Source of the DNA: Tubiluchus corallicola
Lineage: Eukaryota > Animalia > Priapulida
Assembly: GCA_030141605.1 (NCBI GenBank)
Contig: JAQGDQ010001034.1
Span: forward strand, 4,664 to 68,663
DNA: 64,000 nt
Direction: 5' to 3'
A program made the translations under genes and the position numbers. The notes under the pieces were generated by a model. That model did no database searches. It had not been told where the DNA came from and saw only the letters and a list, made by a program, of their open reading frames with translations. Positions 1 through 44,600 of the stretch are shown piece after piece (the stretch's first letter is position 1; each line of letters starts with the position of its first letter).

Positions 1-163
1 TGCGTGTGCAGTCTTGGAGAAAGCTTGGAGCCAGAACTGTAAAATCGTTTTAGGGTAACGACACAGGTTCGATTCTGGTCTTTCAACTGCAGTTCAGCGT
101 GTGTGCTTGTGAATGATATGTTTACCCGTTTGGTGAACTTTTCTGCAAAGTCAATAAATTGGC

Positions 164-710
164 TTAAATGAAGACCGGACGATTATTCAGACTTAATCTC
201 ATTTTAATTTACTGTCCAAAATATACATTTTCTTGTCTGTAAAAGTTAACAATTTTTCCTTATATTTGAACAATAAGCTTAGAAAGTTAATGAACGGCAA
301 CAGAACACAGCTGTTGCTTACGTCAGAAACTAACCACAGTGTGTGAAATGGCAGGCGTCTTCCCTTGCGCATCAAGCACGTTTGCGTAAGTGTATACAGT
401 ACTGCTTAAATGTGTGATTTCGCGAAAATGCGGTCTACGTCAGAAACTAACACAGCAGTTCATGATCATGGTTATCACGGTACCGCCTTCTATTTGTCGG
501 CTACGCGAATACGACAAAAAGGCATCGCTGCCAATCTTAGTAGATTCACTGAGCCGCGCCGTAGCTTTTAAGTTTAACGAAATTTGAGTATCCGAGGTAA
601 TTATTATTTAATCTAAGCTTTGATTTAAAATAAGCTATTGTAGTTTTCAATATTTTAGAGAATTCTTTATTCTGAACTTGTGTTTACACAATCTTCCGGT
701 TTTCCCTTAA
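164..710 (+). mobile_element. TTAA-flanked MITE family R1 (Kolobok/T2-like), copy 1
   Basis: TTAA at both ends. Family TIR AGGAAAACCGGATGATTGT/ACAATCATCCGGTTTTCCT, variant left end here. Six copies in the window. Confidence 0.85.
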
Positions 711-729
711 AACTAGTTTTCCTTTGCAG

Positions 730-989
730 ATATTCCATTTCTTCCACTATAATATTCCATTTCTTCCACTATAATATTCCATTTCTTCCACTATAATATT
801 CCATTTCTTCCACTATAATATTCCATTTCTTCCACTATAATATTCCATTTCTTCCACTATAATATTTCATTTCTTCCACTATAATATTTCATTTCTTCCA
901 CTATAATATTCCATTTCTTCCACTATAATATTCCATTTCTTCCACTATAATATTCCATTTCTTCCACTATAATATTCCATTTCTTCCAC
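730..989. repeat. 22-bp tandem repeat, ~12 copies
   Basis: Unit AATATTCCATTTCTTCCACTAT. Confidence 0.95.
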
Positions 990-1343
990 ACTTACTGCTT
1001 AAAAGGCACTGCCGAACCATTTTTTTGAATAAAAAATCAATAATTTAAATGACAGCTGGCACAATTTCTTCAATTTTGGTGTATCAAAGTAACTCACTTA
1101 ACAATGAAGGCACTCATGACAAATATTAGAATATTAATGGCAGGTCTCGGGTTCAAATCCCGACTGGTTCCCAATTTTTCCGCGCATCCTTTCTTCAACT
1201 ATTTTTTTGTGAAATTTACAGAAATTTCACTGCAGATGAAGTTTCTCAATTTCTTAAAGCATATTTGGTCCCAGCAGTCGGCAATTTTTGCCTTTAACTC
1301 CTTTGCGTCAATTGCCTCTGTGCAGCCGTTGCACATTTTCTCT

Positions 1344-2160
1344 TTAAAGGACAAGAAAAGGGGTGCCTGAAGTAGGTTCCAGAAAAATCACCTAAAAAAT
1401 TATATTACTTTACAGTAATTTTATGCACATATCCTATTCACCTTGAAAGGAATTTTAGTTTGTATTCATTTTAAATCTTCCGCAATACTGTTCCGACGGC
1501 GCCATTATATGACGTCATAGACGCACAACGTAAATCAGGGGAAGAAAAGGAAACGTTAAATTATGACCCAAAAATTTCCGTGCAAAATTATTTACTTAAC
1601 AATTACTTTATTTAATTATTTAGTAACAAGAACAGAAAATTATTAATAACATAAAATGTTTTCACCAAGTTGTAAAATGTCGCTGATTCGCACTCCAGGG
1701 TGCGCCACTCACTAACCAAAAACCATTTTTCTAATCTTATTGACAATATACAGTAATTTTAAATTTTACTTAGTGACATGTGCACTACGGATGCTCTGAT
1801 TATTTTTTCAAACTTTAATCAATGTTATCAAAACGTGTTTCAAAAGATTTACAGTTAAATTAGTTGCGTCTAACGTTCATCGCGCATCGCATAACGCAAA
1901 ACATACATGAAAGCACTTCCACGTGTTTAAATGCAAACTATTGTTCACATACCCCCATTACGGATCACGCATCACGCATTACGCGCATACGGAGTCGTAC
2001 CTTTACGATCAAAATGGCTGCGCCTCACAGTCAACGAGGAAGTTTAAATTTACAAGTGTTATACAGCGTTACTGCCGACGCAAGCCTGCATGCAAAAAGG
2101 CAGTATGTACGTAAGAATTTTTTAAGCTTTATGTAAGTGGAGGGTTTTCTTATGCTGTAA
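1344..2160 (+). mobile_element. TTAA-flanked MITE family R2 (Kolobok/T2-like), copy 1
   Basis: Starts TTAA-AGGACAAGAAAA and ends TTTTCTTATGCT-GTAA. Homologous to 30445-31139, 45438-46116 (reverse) and 55182-55852. Confidence 0.8.
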
Positions 2161-2226
2161 GGGAAAGTCCCATTTTTCTTGCCAACAAAAGTTCCACATT
2201 GCTTAGTTTTCTGTGGTGAAGATGGA

Positions 2227-2440
2227 TTTTTTTATTGATTTGTTCAACGTAATGAGTGCTTTATACGTCACTGAACGTGGCTGCTGACGATTGGCTGATT
2301 TTTTATTGATTTGTTCAACGTAATGAGTGCTTTATACGTCACTGAACGTGGCTGCTGACGATTGGCTGATTTTTTATTGATTTGTTCAACGTAATGAGTG
2401 CTTTATACGTCACTGAACGTGGCTGCTGACGATTGGCTGA
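2227..2440. repeat. 71-bp unit, three near-perfect tandem copies
   Basis: TTTTTTATTGATTTGTTCAACGTAATGAGTGCTTTATACGTCACTGAACGTGGCTGCTGACGATTGGCTGA x3. Confidence 0.95.
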
Positions 2441-3146
2441 CATTGTTCCGATATTTAATTTTTTAGCTAACACGTAGAAACCACGGAAACAATAAAATTT
2501 TGCTGCTATAAGTTAATATCAAGTTGCTAAATTTCAACTTTACTGGGCATTAGCTTCTAATATTGTGACGTTTTTTCTGAGCCACCCCGTAGAGTCGTAT
2601 CAGTTTCTATTTGTGAAAGTCATGTTTGAAGTTGTAGATAACTCACTTTGTTTGTAGAACAAAAATAAACAACTATACTACATATTTGCACAAAACTGAA
2701 AAGTATTTATTAGACTACATATGCACTGTACTCTATGAACACTGAACTACTGCTGCACTCAACACTGAGAACGAGAGTGTCCTGCACTGAACACTGAGAG
2801 TGAGACAGTGACTTGAAAGTAAATCCAGTCATTATATATAGGTATAGGTGATTATGCAAACTTGGCTTCACAAATACCATTACTGTAAAATAGGGAGAGA
2901 CCCAGTGAATATGCATTCACTGGACCGTACAATTATACTGGGGGTGAGTTTAGCTAGTAAAATGTAAAAGGATTAGTTCATAGATGGCAGCACCTAAAAA
3001 AATATACAATTACAATTTCCACACTATTAATTTATCATAATGATATTAGATTTTGACATATTAATGCGTTTCTAACTGCAGGTCAACCTCTACAAACTTT
3101 GCTTCATCGCGCATGTTCTGACAATTTTTTGATATTAAATTTGTAG

Positions 3147-17686
<14,540 letters not shown>

Positions 17687-17882
17687 TGTGTTGTTTCTGA
17701 TGTTTGTAAATGGCTGTAAAATGAAGCTACGTACAGCGACCCCATTATGCAAATGAATCTCGAACATAGTTATGCCAAAAGTCTTTGAGAAGACAACACA
17801 CAATGCAAAACAAGTAATCTTGCCATTTTGTTTTTTTTTAATTACGAGGACGCAGAGAAAAAGTTTGTCATATTTGATGCAC

Positions 17883-18121
17883 AAATAAAAAAGTAAAATG
17901 TTCTTTCTTAGTCTCAGTAGATTTTATTGTCAAGAGCTTTCGCCCTGACGGGCCTCACCATGTGAATTCACTATAATAAGAACGTGTACTGCTACCATGT
18001 GTGGTCCCAGGTTAACTGCACAACTTTTTATATAGTCAATTTAGCAAATGAGGCCCGTTACGGCGAGAGCTTTTAACAATAAAGTCTGTTAAGATTAAGA
18101 AAAAACGTTCAAATTTTATTT
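17883..18121. mobile_element. Small foldback element (~75-bp imperfect arms) containing the first AATAAA seen after the FAR-A stop
   Basis: 17883-17957 is the imperfect reverse complement of 18049-18121; AATAAA at 17884-17889. Confidence 0.75.
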
Positions 18122-18178
18122 ACGTAGGACATATTCAATCTTGAATTATTTAAATATTTCTAAAGTAAGGATAGTAAT

Positions 18179-18815
18179 TATGTGTGTTTGCATAGCAAAG
18201 TCATCCATAAGTCGGCAATTAAGTTTTTCTAGTTATTCACATATCCCGAATCTCCATTTCATGAGGACTATTTTGGTACCAAGTTCATCGCTCAATGTTA
18301 TTTCTGAGCTGAGATGATCCACGTTGAAGGTGAGGTGCAGGCTGCACATTGAATAACGTAACTTTGAGAAAATCACTGTTAAAGTCAGCCATTGTTTTTT
18401 GTGACGTTTCTACAAAACACTTAACAACCGCACAAATGTTAATTGCTACGGACTTTGCAAGAGCAAATTGAAGTTACATTGAAATCCAGTAGATGGCTCT
18501 TCCTGACAAAGATCTGGTTTGTCAACAGAAGAAACCCGAAGCAAAATGGCTGCTTCCACGAGCTACAATCGGAATGCACTACTAGTTTCTAGACGGAAAA
18601 GTGGGTAAGGAGTTACAAAATTACATTTTTACTATTTTTTACACATTTCCTGATAATTTGATGCACACATTCTAATATATTTAGCATTTGTTTTCATAAA
18701 AAATAAAAAATTGACATTCGACCAAAATTTTTTGGTACATTCTACTTTGAAGCATCATAACGTAGTTTTAACTATGCCGACTTATGGACGGTTTTGGTTT
18801 GCAAGCAAACGTATA
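18179..18815 (-). mobile_element. MITE family R4, copy 2 (inverted)
   Basis: Reverse-complement homology to 16864-17520 along its length. Confidence 0.85.
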
Positions 18816-19044
18816 TACTTTACAACTATGTGTAAAACTTGAGAAACTTCGTAACAACATAAACAAACCTTACACAATGTATGCAAATGGACTATTGTTA
18901 AACACTGTTGAACTCTCAAGTATAAAAAGTGCAAGTCATTTATGTGAACCTTTTGTTGGCTCAAAAGGCAAAAAAATTAATTTAATTTCATCAAACATTA
19001 TGGCAATAGCTAGAACTATACCACACTTAATGGAAATTGGGAAA

Positions 19045-19540
19045 ATACACTTGATTATTATGACGTAATAATACACTTGATTATCATGACGTAATAATAC
19101 ACTTGATTATTATGACGTAATAATGCACTTGATTATTATGACGTAATAATACACTTGATTATTATGACGTAATAATACACTTAATTATTATGACGTAATA
19201 ATGCACTTGATTATTATGACGTAATAATACACTTGATTATTATGACGTAATAATACACTTGATTATTATGACGTAATAATACACTTGATTATTATGACGT
19301 AATAATGCACTTGATTATTATGACGTAATAATACACTTGATTATTATGACGTAATAATACACTTAATTATTATGACGTAATAATGCACTTGATTATTATG
19401 ACGTAATAATACACTTGATTATTATGACGTAATAATACACTTGATTATTATGACGTAATAATGCACTTGATTATTATGACGTAATAATACACTTGGTTAT
19501 TATGACGTAATAATACACTTGGTTATTATGACATAATAAT
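19045..19540. repeat. 26-bp minisatellite, ~19 copies, between FAR-A and FAR-B
   Basis: Unit ATACACTTGATTATTATGACGTAATA. Confidence 0.96.
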
Positions 19541-20044
19541 TTAGATTTAATATTTCGGCTGGTGAGGTTAAATATTTATTTAAATAATGCAGTCTGATTT
19601 TTCGATTTGTAATGATTTTGTAATTAAACTTCAAATCAAATTACTAAAGTTACTGAAAGTTTCCTAATGTTGGCTGAAGAAACATTTCCTCCAACAATAC
19701 GATGATTTTTGTTGAAACAACAATAAATTTAAAACTCCTAAATCTCTACAATATTTAATCGCAGCTTCCCAGTTTAGTATAATTAGTAATGAACGTGTAA
19801 ATCATTTAATTATTTCTTTTTTAAATGAAGTTCAAAGCAATACGATGATATTCTCAAAAGAAAAACTATTATTTTGATAAAAATGTTAATAAAAACCAAT
19901 GAACTGTTTGTAGAAATAGCTAAATCTTATTTGCTGAATTTTCATTGCATGTTTTTTGTCGTTTTTATCTGCTTACCTCCGCGGTTTCCCTTTTTTGACT
20001 TCCTGATTCCCTAATCTTAGAACTTGTGTTCATAAGTCATCTTA

Positions 20045-20359
20045 AAGTAATGATGACTATAGTGATGATAATGTCGATCATGGCAATGATAGTTTGATGA
20101 TGATGATGATGGTGGTGATGATGGTGATGATGATGGTGATGATGACGATGATGACAATGACGACAACAACTACCATCATGATACTGATAATGATGATTAC
20201 AGTGATGATAATGTCGATTATGGCAACGATAGCTTGATGATGGTGATGATGATGATGATGATGACAATGACGACAATATCTACCATCATGATACTGATAA
20301 TGATGACTACAGTGGTGATAATGTCGATTATGGCAATGATAGCTTGATGATGGTGATGG

Positions 20360-20393
<34 letters not shown>

Positions 20394-21005
20394 GGTGATG
20401 ATGATGATCGTGATGATGACGATGATGACAATGACGACAACAACTACCATCATGATACTGATAAAGATGACTACAATGATGATAATGTCGATTATGGCAA
20501 TGATAGCTTAATGATGATGGTGATGATGACGATGATGACAATGACGACCATAACTACCATCATGATAGTGATAATCATGACTACAGTGATGACAATGTCG
20601 ATCATGGAAATGATAGCTTCATGATGATGACGATGATGATGATGTTGATGATGATGATGATGATAATGATGACGATGAAGATGATGATTGTGACGACGAT
20701 CACGACCATACCTACCTTCATGACAGTGATAACGACGATTGTGGTGATGATAATGTCGATGATGGCAATGATAGCTTGAAGATGATGACGATGATGATGA
20801 TGCTGTTGATGATGATGATGATAATGATGACGATGAAGATGATGATTGTGACGACGATCACGACCATACCTACCATCATGACAGTGATAACGATGACTGT
20901 GGTGATGATAATGTCGATGATTGCAGTGATGGCTTGAAGATGATGATGATGATAATGATGATGACAACGATGACGACGAAGGTAATGATGGTGATGACGA
21001 TAACA
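20045..21005. repeat. (GAT)n-based complex repeat
   Basis: Directly visible. Confidence 0.95.
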
Positions 21006-21467
21006 GCAACACTGATGAAAAATAACCCCTTCAGTCACTCATACCCTTGATACATGACACAGATAAGATGGGCAAATACTGATTATTTTTTTTCAATTTT
21101 TCTCAGTATTAACTATGCAAACATCTGCCAAACACTACATGATATATGTACTTGTCATTTTTCCATTTTTTAACAATCGTGACTTCAATCTAGAAAGTCG
21201 TGTACTTGTAAGCAAACGTACACTTTATAATCTTATGTAAACACTATTTAGTCTTTCTATAAATATTGCCTTTTAAAATGCGATAATTTGTCTAGCTCAT
21301 TGTAAATTGTAAGGCTACATCTAATTTAAAATCTTTTCTGTTGTCTTTATATTGTACGTTTTGCATAACATGTTGTCATTTTTGTGTTAATCGGCTTTGC
21401 AATAAACTAAACTAAACTAAACTAAAAAGGCGTGCGCAATTTTGGAATACGCGCGAGGGCTTGAAAG

Positions 21468-39578
<18,111 letters not shown>

Positions 39579-39585
39579 CACGGAA

Positions 39586-39591
39586 AATAAA
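39586..39591 (+). promoter_or_regulatory. Candidate polyadenylation signal of FAR-B
   Basis: AATAAA 8 nt after the stop; many more in the following (AAAT)n tract. Confidence 0.4.
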
Positions 39592-39627
39592 GTGAAGAAT
39601 CAATCTTGATTGTTGAGATTATAGTTG

Positions 39628-39669
39628 TAAATAAACAAATAAATAAGCATGAACAAGTAAGTAAATGAA

Positions 39670-39700
<31 letters not shown>

Positions 39701-39925
39701 ATGATAAATAATAAATGAATAAATGAATAAATGAATAAATGAATAAATGAATAAATGAATAAATGAATAAATGAATAAATGAATAAATGAATAAATAAAT
39801 AAATAAATAAATGATAAATTTTGTTTTTTGTTATGAATAAATGAATAAATGAATAAATGAATAAATGAATAAATGAATAAATGAATAAATGAATAAATGA
39901 ATAAATGAATAAATGAATAAATGAA

Positions 39926-39960
<35 letters not shown>

Positions 39961-39969
39961 ATAGATGGA

Positions 39970-40004
<35 letters not shown>

Positions 40005-40095
40005 ACGTAAATAAACAAACAAATACATAAACAAATAAATAAATAAACAAACAAACGTAAATAAACAAATAAATAAAAATAAATAATAAATAAAT
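39628..40095. repeat. (AAAT)n/(AAATGAAT)n microsatellite
   Basis: Directly visible. Confidence 0.96.
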
Positions 40096-40639
40096 ACACT
40101 CAAGATAAATAGCTATTAACATAGTTGAGTGCATAAAGCTAAGTCTTTACTTATTATTATGATTTTTTAATAAAAAATTAACGAAGTTTGTTAAGATGTT
40201 GACGTATTTATTTTTTGAAAGTTCGTTTTACTAAGAAAGTCACTAAATAACATCGTCGAATAGGATTTTCCAGCATAATAATGAACAAGTAGGATAAATA
40301 ATTTAGCAAATACGTAGCATTTACAATTTTATTACAAGTATCTTAATGTGCCTCAACGAACTATGAATTCTGCCTATTAAAGTGAAGTTCCCTAAGCACA
40401 AACGTATTTCTGTTATTAATAATTGAATTTAAACTGATAATATATCAATAAGGCAGCAACGTTCATGACGATGAACAGTATAATAAATGTACTTTTCAAT
40501 CGTGCCAACACTCTCAGACCTCGAGTTAAATCAAACATTCTCTTTGTGTGAACTGTTCCACAATTTTTGCTGCAATTTCACTTTGACTACTGTAGTATAG
40601 TAAAACCATATGCAACAACCAGTCGTGGTCATAGATGTA

Positions 40640-41192
40640 CAGTCGTGGCCAAAAGTTTAAGCCCACCTGTGATTACGACGTGAATTTTGAGCTTTTCTGG
40701 TATTCAGTACCATATATTTTCCCGAATCGTACACACGATGGCTCATTAGGTAGCTAATTGCAAATTGCAAATAAATGTTTGTGTTGCGCATGCGCAGGAC
40801 TTACGAGATGATGCCGTCATCGCGTTGATGACGTCATCAGTACGGTTGCGGGAATTGTCTTAGACGTGCTCTCGGCAGTAGCTTCTGATTATGTTGAATG
40901 GTAATTCTAACGAAGGGTAAGAGGATGAGTGATCAACTGCGCATGCACATATGTCTCCGACTTGATGACGTCATCCTCGCTGTGAGTAATTTATCAACGC
41001 GATGACGTCATCATCTCGCAAGTCCTGCGCATGCGCAAAACAAACATTTATTTGCGATTTTCAATTGCCTTCTTAATGAACCACCGTGTTTACGATCGGT
41101 CCAATATGAGGGAAAATATATGGTATTGAATACCAAAAAAACTCAAAATTCACGTCGTAATTCAGGTTGGCGTAAACTTTTGGCCACGACTG
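40640..41192. mobile_element. Tc1/mariner-type foldback MITE
   Basis: TA-CAGTCGTGGCCAAAAGTTTA...TAAACTTTTGGCCACGACTG-TA; arms complementary for ~200 bp. Confidence 0.9.
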
Positions 41193-41639
41193 TAGTACAG
41201 GCGTATATAATTGTTTCAAAGATACTATAAAACAAGATAAAATTTATAAATACGTCCCATTTTTATCCCACAGTTTTTCTGAAACAAGTAGAAAAAGATA
41301 CGGATAATCATGGATATAAAGTGCATTATAACATACATCGTGAGTAAAATTTTGGCCTGTAGGTGGCGGTAGTGGCAACGAAATTAGTCAGAATATAGTT
41401 TGTAGAAATGAACAATTGACTGTTGAGGTGCTGCAATCAGACGACGAAAAGGCTAAGTGTTAAAGGAGAATGGTGGTTTAAAAATATTTTAGCTTGCAGT
41501 TAACAATTCGATGTCTAATTGGTGAAATTAATTCATAAAATATAGATATTTGTGGCTAAATAAGTTTAATGGTGAATCATTAAAGTAGCGTAATTATAAG
41601 TACACGAAAGCGACGCAAAATCAGTCTAAATAATTTTGT

Positions 41640-42072
41640 ATCTGCACTGGCGTCGAACTCAGGACCTTCTGCTTCTCGGGCAGCTACGGTAAGAATTAGA
41701 CTCGGAAATTTACTGTATCAGTCACTAGAGGTCTCCCAATGGGAAATCACAGTCCGCTTTGCATGAAAACCGTACGAAATCAGTCATATAAGCGTACAAA
41801 AGCCTGAAAATTTTTAAATCTCCACTGGTCTCGAACTCAAGACCTCCTGCTTTCTGGCCAGCTATTCAGATTCAGAAATTTACCGTAGCTATAAGCGCCA
41901 CTAGAGGTCTCTCAGCGGTGAATCTCAACCCACAAATATGAAGACATCGTACGAAATCAATCACATAAGCATACAAAAGCAGTAGTAAATTAGAAACTCT
42001 GAAAAATTTGAATTCCTTCACCAGGACTCGAACCCAAGACCTTTTGCTTTCTGGGCAGCTATGCTAACCACG
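41640..42072 (-). mobile_element. Three tandem degenerate tRNA-derived (SINE-head-like) units
   Basis: Minus strand reads TGGTTAGCATAGCTGCCCAGAAAGCAAAAGGTCTTGGGTTCGAGTCCTGGTG (A/B-box-like), repeated at ~180-200 bp spacing. Confidence 0.55.
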
Positions 42073-42205
42073 ATAAAAAGGCAAGAAAAATGCAATATAT
42101 ACATAGAAAATTGATAACTTAGATATCACTGTCAGCTGTGCACGTATAATAACATAATTTTTATATACATATTTACAAAATATTAGTATCTCCCTGAATA
42201 ATTAC

Positions 42206-43060
42206 AACTATACATAATATTTGACTAGCGTTCCAGAAGTAACAAGAATCTTACATTAAAATTTGTGTTTTTAACACTAGAAACTCGCGGTGATAACAAT
42301 TGACAAGTGACGACTTTTATCCTATTCACACTGAAATGGTTTACTCAGCTGACCCATTTACTTGTTTGCTTAAAAATAACTATACATAATAGTTTACTAG
42401 CGTTCCAGAAGTAACAAGAATCCTACATTAAAATTTGTGTTTTTAACACCATAAACTCGCGGAGATAACAGTTGACAAGTGTCGACTTTTATCCTATTCA
42501 CACTAAAATGGTTTACTCAGTTGATCCATTTACTTGTTTGCTTAAAAATAACTATGCATAATAGTTTACTAGCGTTCCAGAAGTAACAAGAATCCTACAT
42601 TAAAATTTGTGTTTTTAACACTAGAAACTCGCGGTGATAACAGTTGACAAGTGACGACTTTTATCCTATTCACACTGAAATGGTTTACACAGCTGACCCA
42701 TTTACTCGTTTGCTTAAAAATAACTATACATAATATTTTACTAGCGTTCCAGAAGTAACAAGAATCCTACATTAAAATTTGTGTTTTTAACACTAGAAAC
42801 TCGCGGAGGTAACAGTTGACAAGTGTCGGCTTTTATCCTATTCACACTGAAATGGTTTACACAGCTGACCCATTTACTTGTTTGCTTAAAAATAACTATA
42901 CATAATATTTTACTAGTGTTCCAGAACTAACAAGAATCCTACATTAAAATTTGTTTTTAACACTAGAAACTCGCGGAGGTAACAGTTAACAAGTGACGAC
43001 TTTTATCCTATTCACACTGAAATGGTTTACACAGTTGACCCATTTACTTGTTTGCTTAAA
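42206..43060. repeat. ~172-bp tandem repeat, 5 copies
   Basis: ACTAGCGTTCCAGAAGTAACAAGAATCCTACATTAAAATTTG... recurs every ~172 bp. Confidence 0.95.
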
Positions 43061-43632
43061 CAGTTTACTGGGCTTGTCTGCTCAGGCTGATTGGGTAATG
43101 ATCAACACTCAATTTGCTAACTTTGTTTAGAGAAAAATTATTTCAAAAAACACTGCCGGTTGTGTATCGACAATTTTGTGTTTATTACAGTACTGTAATC
43201 TTAGAAACATTTTAGTTAACATAGAATCTTGGTTAATTGTTTACCTTCTTGTTCTTGGAACTGTGCCAAAAATGCCGCAGAAGCATTCTCGGTAAACTGT
43301 TCAACTTAGTAAAATTTACTAAAATGAAAAACGTGACTTTTGTAGGTTATTATTGGTACCAGGGAGAATAGGAAAGCATGATGAAAGATCTCATTGCCCC
43401 TGTGACGTCATTCTAAACGAACAATGGTCAACAAATCAGAACATTATGGTTCTATTAACACAGACTCTACCACTCGAGTTTTTTTCTATGTGGAATTCAA
43501 TTCAAATGACAAAAATAATAGTTTTCAGAGTTTTTGCACTTGCACATTAGGTTTCAGAAGTAGGTCACGCATCTATGGGGAAAGACCACAGATATAAAAT
43601 TCTCACGAGAAGTGCAAAGCCGGGGAAGGAAC

Positions 43633-44029
43633 TAGGGGTGAGCATCGAACGTTCGAATTCGATTCGACCGAGTTTTTTTTAGTTCGAATTCGATTCGAAC
43701 CTAAAACTATGGATTCGAATAATTCAGCACTTCAATCACACACGTTCTTTATTATTAAAATGATTGAAACATCGTGCAATTAGCATAATTTAGCTGTGAT
43801 TTCTGTACACAATTTTTAAACGAATTAATTGTGTTTTTACTGTAGAGCAAAATCGAACAATATGCATGATCTTTGTAAGACTAATTTTTGCTGGTTGTTC
43901 GAGAACTTGTTCGAAAATCTTTTAATCTCAATTCGAATTCGAAATACTAAGTTCGGTTCGATTCGAATTCGAAAGTCACAAATTCGTTTCGATTTGAATT
44001 CGCTTTCTTTTGGAGAATGCTCACCCCTA
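43633..44029 (-). mobile_element. TTCGAA-rich hAT-like MITE, copy 1
   Basis: TIR TAGGGGTGAGCAT/ATGCTCACCCCTA; inverted copy at 61698-62094. Confidence 0.8.
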
Positions 44030-44600
44030 TTGCTTACATTTTAATGGCTCTTACGAGAAGCTTATCAACGTATAGCATATAGGTATGTATTGCATCTTTT
44101 CTATAAACAACACAAAGCTAATACAGGATACATCACATTTTCTGGATCATTCTTAGTATGTACTGTAAAGTTATCAATGCCTTGTTATAAGTGTGTCCAT
44201 CAACTCCACGTAAACAATATTTATGTGCTAATGTAGGACTAAGATACATCATGCTTGTAGATTATTGGGTTACTCGCTTGCAAGGTAACTCTACACAGAA
44301 ATCTGTTTCGCCGTGATGTTGTTGTCGTTTCTTCTTCAAGTAGTAAGTTTTTATCAGTACTTGATATTGCAACGCCATACTCCAGATTCTAAACTTCTTT
44401 ACGAAAAAACGGATTCTATGATAACAGTAAAATGTGTTCTAAGTGAAAAAATGAATATCATGACAATGGTAAATAGCATTCTAAGTAACATGTCCAGGCA
44501 GTTGGAGAGAAAAACCGAATAAGCAGTTGAACCAATGCTTCGCACTCCGGACTAATCTATGTACTTACAAGGTATAAGATCTAAGCGTGTGCAGCTTTAT

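Noticed and set aside
1-3146. First coding exon of FAR-A
   Set aside because: No TGxxGFxG-coding segment found by eye; most likely upstream of the window, so not evidence of pseudogenisation.
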